DNA of 64,000 nucleotides from Scyliorhinus canicula (lineage: Eukaryota), in contig NW_024055479.1 of NCBI RefSeq assembly GCF_902713615.1, positions 124,001-188,000 on the forward strand, written 5' to 3'. The translations under genes and the position numbers were made by a program. Shown piece after piece: positions 60,700 to 64,000 of this stretch. How positions within the stretch are numbered: position 1 is the first letter of the stretch; every line of letters begins with the position of its first letter. The notes beneath the pieces are model-generated. The model was not told where the DNA came from and made no database searches. It was given only the letters and a program-made list of their open reading frames with translations.

Positions 60700-61541
60700 G
60701 CATGAGCCATCTGAGGTGCCCTCCCTGAGTAGACCTGTGATATTCTCCTCAACCATGATGTCGGAGGTCTTTGTGATCCAGGCGAGAGGACAGGAGAGGA
60801 GGCTCGGGGAGATGCAATTTCAAGTGATGCGAGGGGGTTTTCAATACTTGGGAATTCAGGTGGCACGGGGATGGGAGCAGTTACATAAATTAAATCTGGC
60901 CCGATTGGTTGAGTAAATGAAGGAGGATTTTTGGAGATGGGACATGCTCCCGCTGTCACGGGGGAGGGGGGGGGGGGTACATACCCTAAAAATTATGGTT
61001 TTGCAGAGATTTCTGTTTATTTTCCAGTGTGTCTCTGTTTTTATTCCAAAAGCTTTTTTTAAGATGGTCAATGCAGTGATTTCTGGGTTTGTATGGGCGG
61101 GTAGAACCCCGCGAATAAGGAAGCTGCTGTTCGAGCGGAGCAGCGCGGGGGAGGGGCTGGCTTTAACGAACTTCAGGAATTAATACTGGGCGGCAAATGT
61201 AGCTATGATCAGGGAGTGGGTAGTGGGGGAAGGTTCGCTATGGGAGCAGGTCGAGGCGACATCATGTAGGGGCACAAGTTTAATTTCACTGGTGATGGCA
61301 TCGCTGCCATTCTCGCTGGCTCGGTCCTCCACAAGCCCGGTGGTAGGGGCAGCTCTGAGAGTTTGGGGGCAGTGGCGGAAGCAGATGGGAGTGGAGGGAG
61401 CGGTGGCGTGGGCTCCAATTTGTGGGAACCACGCTATGTACTGGGAAGGTTGGAAGGAGGGTTTGGGGGGTGGCATAGAGCAGAGATTGAGAGGCTGGGC
61501 AACATGTTTATTGATGGGCGCTTTCCTTGTTTGGAGGATTA
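60700..61541 (+). mobile_element. L1/Tx1-like LINE ORF2 fragment
   Basis: FQYLGIQVAR (post-RT YLG motif), LKIMVLQRFLFIFQ, GLALTNFRNYYWAA-like, ALRVWGQWRK. Confidence 0.8.
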
Positions 61542-61888
61542 GGGCAGCACGGTAGCATGGTGGTTAGCATAAATGCTTCACAGTTCCAGGGTCCCAGTTT
61601 CGGTTCCCGGCTGGGTCACTGTCTGTGCGGAGTCTGCACGTCCTCCCCGTGTGTGCGTGGGTTTCCTCCGGGTGCTCCGGTTTCCTCCCACAGTCCAAAG
61701 ATGTGCGGGTTAGGTGGATTGGCCATGCTAAATTGCCCGTAGTGTCCTAAAAAGTAAGGTTAAGAGGAGGGGTTGTTGGGTTACGGGTATAGGGTGGATA
61801 CGTGGGTTTGAGTAGGGTGATCATTGCTCGGCGCAACATCGAGGGCTGAAGGGCCTTTTCTGTGCTGTACTGTTCTATTCTACTCTAT
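61542..61888 (+). mobile_element. HE1-like SINE, full length, young
   Basis: Near-identical to 57492-57850. Confidence 0.92.
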
Positions 61889-62991
61889 TTGTAGGAGGAG
61901 GTGGTCTTTCAAGGGTCTTTAGGCTCGTTCGGCCTAATGGCCTCCTTCCGCAAGGCAAATTCCATTATTCTCTGATTATCACCTGTAAAGTAAAATGGGA
62001 AAATATGTCATTGGAAACATGGAAGTCTGACAAAACCTGAGGGTACATTAGAAAATGTAGGGAAAATCTCACGAGGGGTTAACAGCAGCAGTAAAAGAAG
62101 GTAGCCTTTATGAAACAGGCGTTAAGAAAACAGCTTCTGACAGCTCATTATGTAAAACTGATGCCTGTCTTTCAAGTTAAAGCAGATTGATCTTTTAATT
62201 ACATGAAGGGATACAGTATTTCGCACCTTCTTTGAAGTTAATTATTTTAGTAAGCAGTTAAAAAAGAATTGCGAGGATATCCAGTTGTATTGGGTGACAA
62301 ACGATTAGGTGTGAAATCCTGCTGACACCAGTTGAATATGGGAAGCCAGAGACGATGTGTCCACGAGAGCACAAGTTAACACCAAGTCGTGGTCAGAGGT
62401 CTGACAAGCTAAGGGCACTATTTGGTAATAAAACAACTTTAGAAGTGACAGGAGCCAAATGTAACACCCCTCTAGGATCAAAGCACTTTTGAATATTACA
62501 AGGAAAAAAATGTAATCAGAGTTCGATGAACTAAAGTCATGCTCATCATGAAAACGTAGTTGTGTTAAATGTAATTAAGATTAAAGGTACACTGAACAGT
62601 CAAGAGCAAAACGAAGTTACTTTACGATAATGTCATAAATTTAACTACTGTTAGAAGGGCAGTTTAAACCCTGAATGGCTAGCAGCCAGCAGAGTCATCT
62701 CTCATAGCTGCCCTCGGTCATGGGACGGATAGAACACGAAAACCGAGCAAAACAGCAAATTATACCGGGGGATAACTGGAAATATTAGTTTTACCCGAAT
62801 ACAGCAGCACCTACTTAAGTCTGCATCGGAGTCAGGGAGTGAGAATCCCTGTTCACCATTTAGAATATCTTGATTTTTATTGGCATAGGGGGAATTCTAA
62901 GAATATTGGTGAGTTTTTTTACTTCACACCTCCTGCAACGTGGAATGCGCCAGCTGGTGGGTGTCTTGAGCGTACCTCATTTTAAATCCAT

Positions 62992-63030
62992 GAGAAGTCT
63001 CACAGCACCAGGTTAAAGTCCAACTGGTTT
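62992..63030 (-). mobile_element. Penelope pseudo-LTR fragment (about 40 bp)
   Basis: GAGAAGTCTCACAGCACCAGGTTAAAGTCCAACTGGTTT matches the reverse complement of about 9687-9725. Confidence 0.7.
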
Positions 63031-64000
63031 TCGAATGGCAAAGTTTCCAGCTTGATGAACCCTGCCATATCATTAATCCAAACTTTCATGCTTGGGGGCT
63101 TCATATCCCTCCACATTAGAAGGATCCTCCGCCGGGCTACCGGGGACGCAAAGGTCAGAACACCAGCCTTTTGTTTGGCTCCTGCACTCCCGGCTCGTCT
63201 GATACCCCAAATAATGCTATCCCCCAGCTCGGCTTGACCCGGGTGTTCACCACTTTGGACATAGTCCTCGCAAAGCCCCTCCAGGACCCCTCCAGCGCCG
63301 GGCACGTCCAGAACATATGGGCGTGATTTGCTGGGCTCCCCGAGCACCTCACACACCCCAAAAAACCTTCTCATCCTCGCCCCTGTCATATGCGCCCTAT
63401 GAACAACTTTGAACTGTATGAGGCTAAGCCTGGCGCAAGAGGAGGAATTAACCCTACTCAGGGCATCAGCCCACAGATCCTCATCCAGCTCCTCCCCGAG
63501 CTCCTCCTCCCACTTGCCCTTTAACTCCTCCACCGAGGCCTCCTCCACTTCCTGCAGTTCCTGATAGATCGCCGTGACCTTGTCTTCTCCAACACATACA
63601 CCCGAAATCACCTTGTCCTGAATTCTACGTGCTGGGAGCAGCGGAAATTCCCTCACCTGCCATCTCACAAATGCCCTCACATGCATGCACCTAAAAGCAT
63701 TCCCGGGAGGTAAACCAAATTTATCCTCTAGCGCCCCTAGGCAAGCAAAAGTCCCATCGATGAATTGGTCCCCCATTCTTTTAATCCCTGCCCGATGCCA
63801 GCTCAGGAACCCCCCATCCTACACGGGACGAACCTGTGGTTCGCTCGTATTGGGGACCAGACCGAGGCCGCCAAATCGCCCCTATGTCGCCTCCACTGCC
63901 CCCAGATCGTCAGAGTCGCACCACCACCGGACTCGTGGTGTATCTTGTCAGCGGGAGTGGCAATGGTACCGTCACCAGCGCCCCCAGACTTGTACCCACA
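63031..64000 (-). mobile_element. L1/Tx1-like LINE ORF2 C-terminal fragment
   Basis: LIQFKVVHRAHMTGARMRRFFG-CVRCSGSPANHAHMFWTCP (frameshifted zinc knuckle), ARRRILLMW; homologous to 21888-22373 and 24200-24600. Confidence 0.85.

Noticed and set aside
63000-63776. Longest ORF (258 aa) as a host gene
   Set aside because: It is an L1-like ORF2 C-terminal fragment, frameshifted at the zinc knuckle and homologous to other copies in the window.

Overview
Repeat-rich vertebrate DNA, not prokaryotic. The immunoglobulin sequence and the SINE/LINE set point to a cartilaginous fish (shark). The window holds one complete cluster-type IgM heavy-chain gene on the + strand (29108-54970): leader, a single V-D-J exon, CH1, CH2, CH3, CH4 with secretory tail, TM1 and TM2. 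All splice sites are canonical GT-AG in the expected phases. V, D and J are already fused in the genomic DNA, with no RSS or intervening DNA, while the leader and J-C introns remain, so this is best read as a germline-joined IgM gene. The VDJ exon has a 1-nt deletion in FR3 and is frameshifted as written, yet every other exon is intact. The membrane form ends in K-I-E rather than K-V-K. The rest of the window is nested, decayed mobile DNA: CR1, L2/CR1-group, Rex1-like and L1-like LINEs, several tRNA-derived SINE families, a hAT MITE carrying a SINE fragment, and Penelope-like fragments with minimal hammerhead ribozyme motifs, one of them sense-strand between the secretory poly(A) site and TM1. 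No other host gene could be supported. Ig exon and short-motif coordinates were counted by hand and should be exact or nearly so; transposon boundaries are approximate (tens of bp) and family names come from recalled motifs, not database searches.
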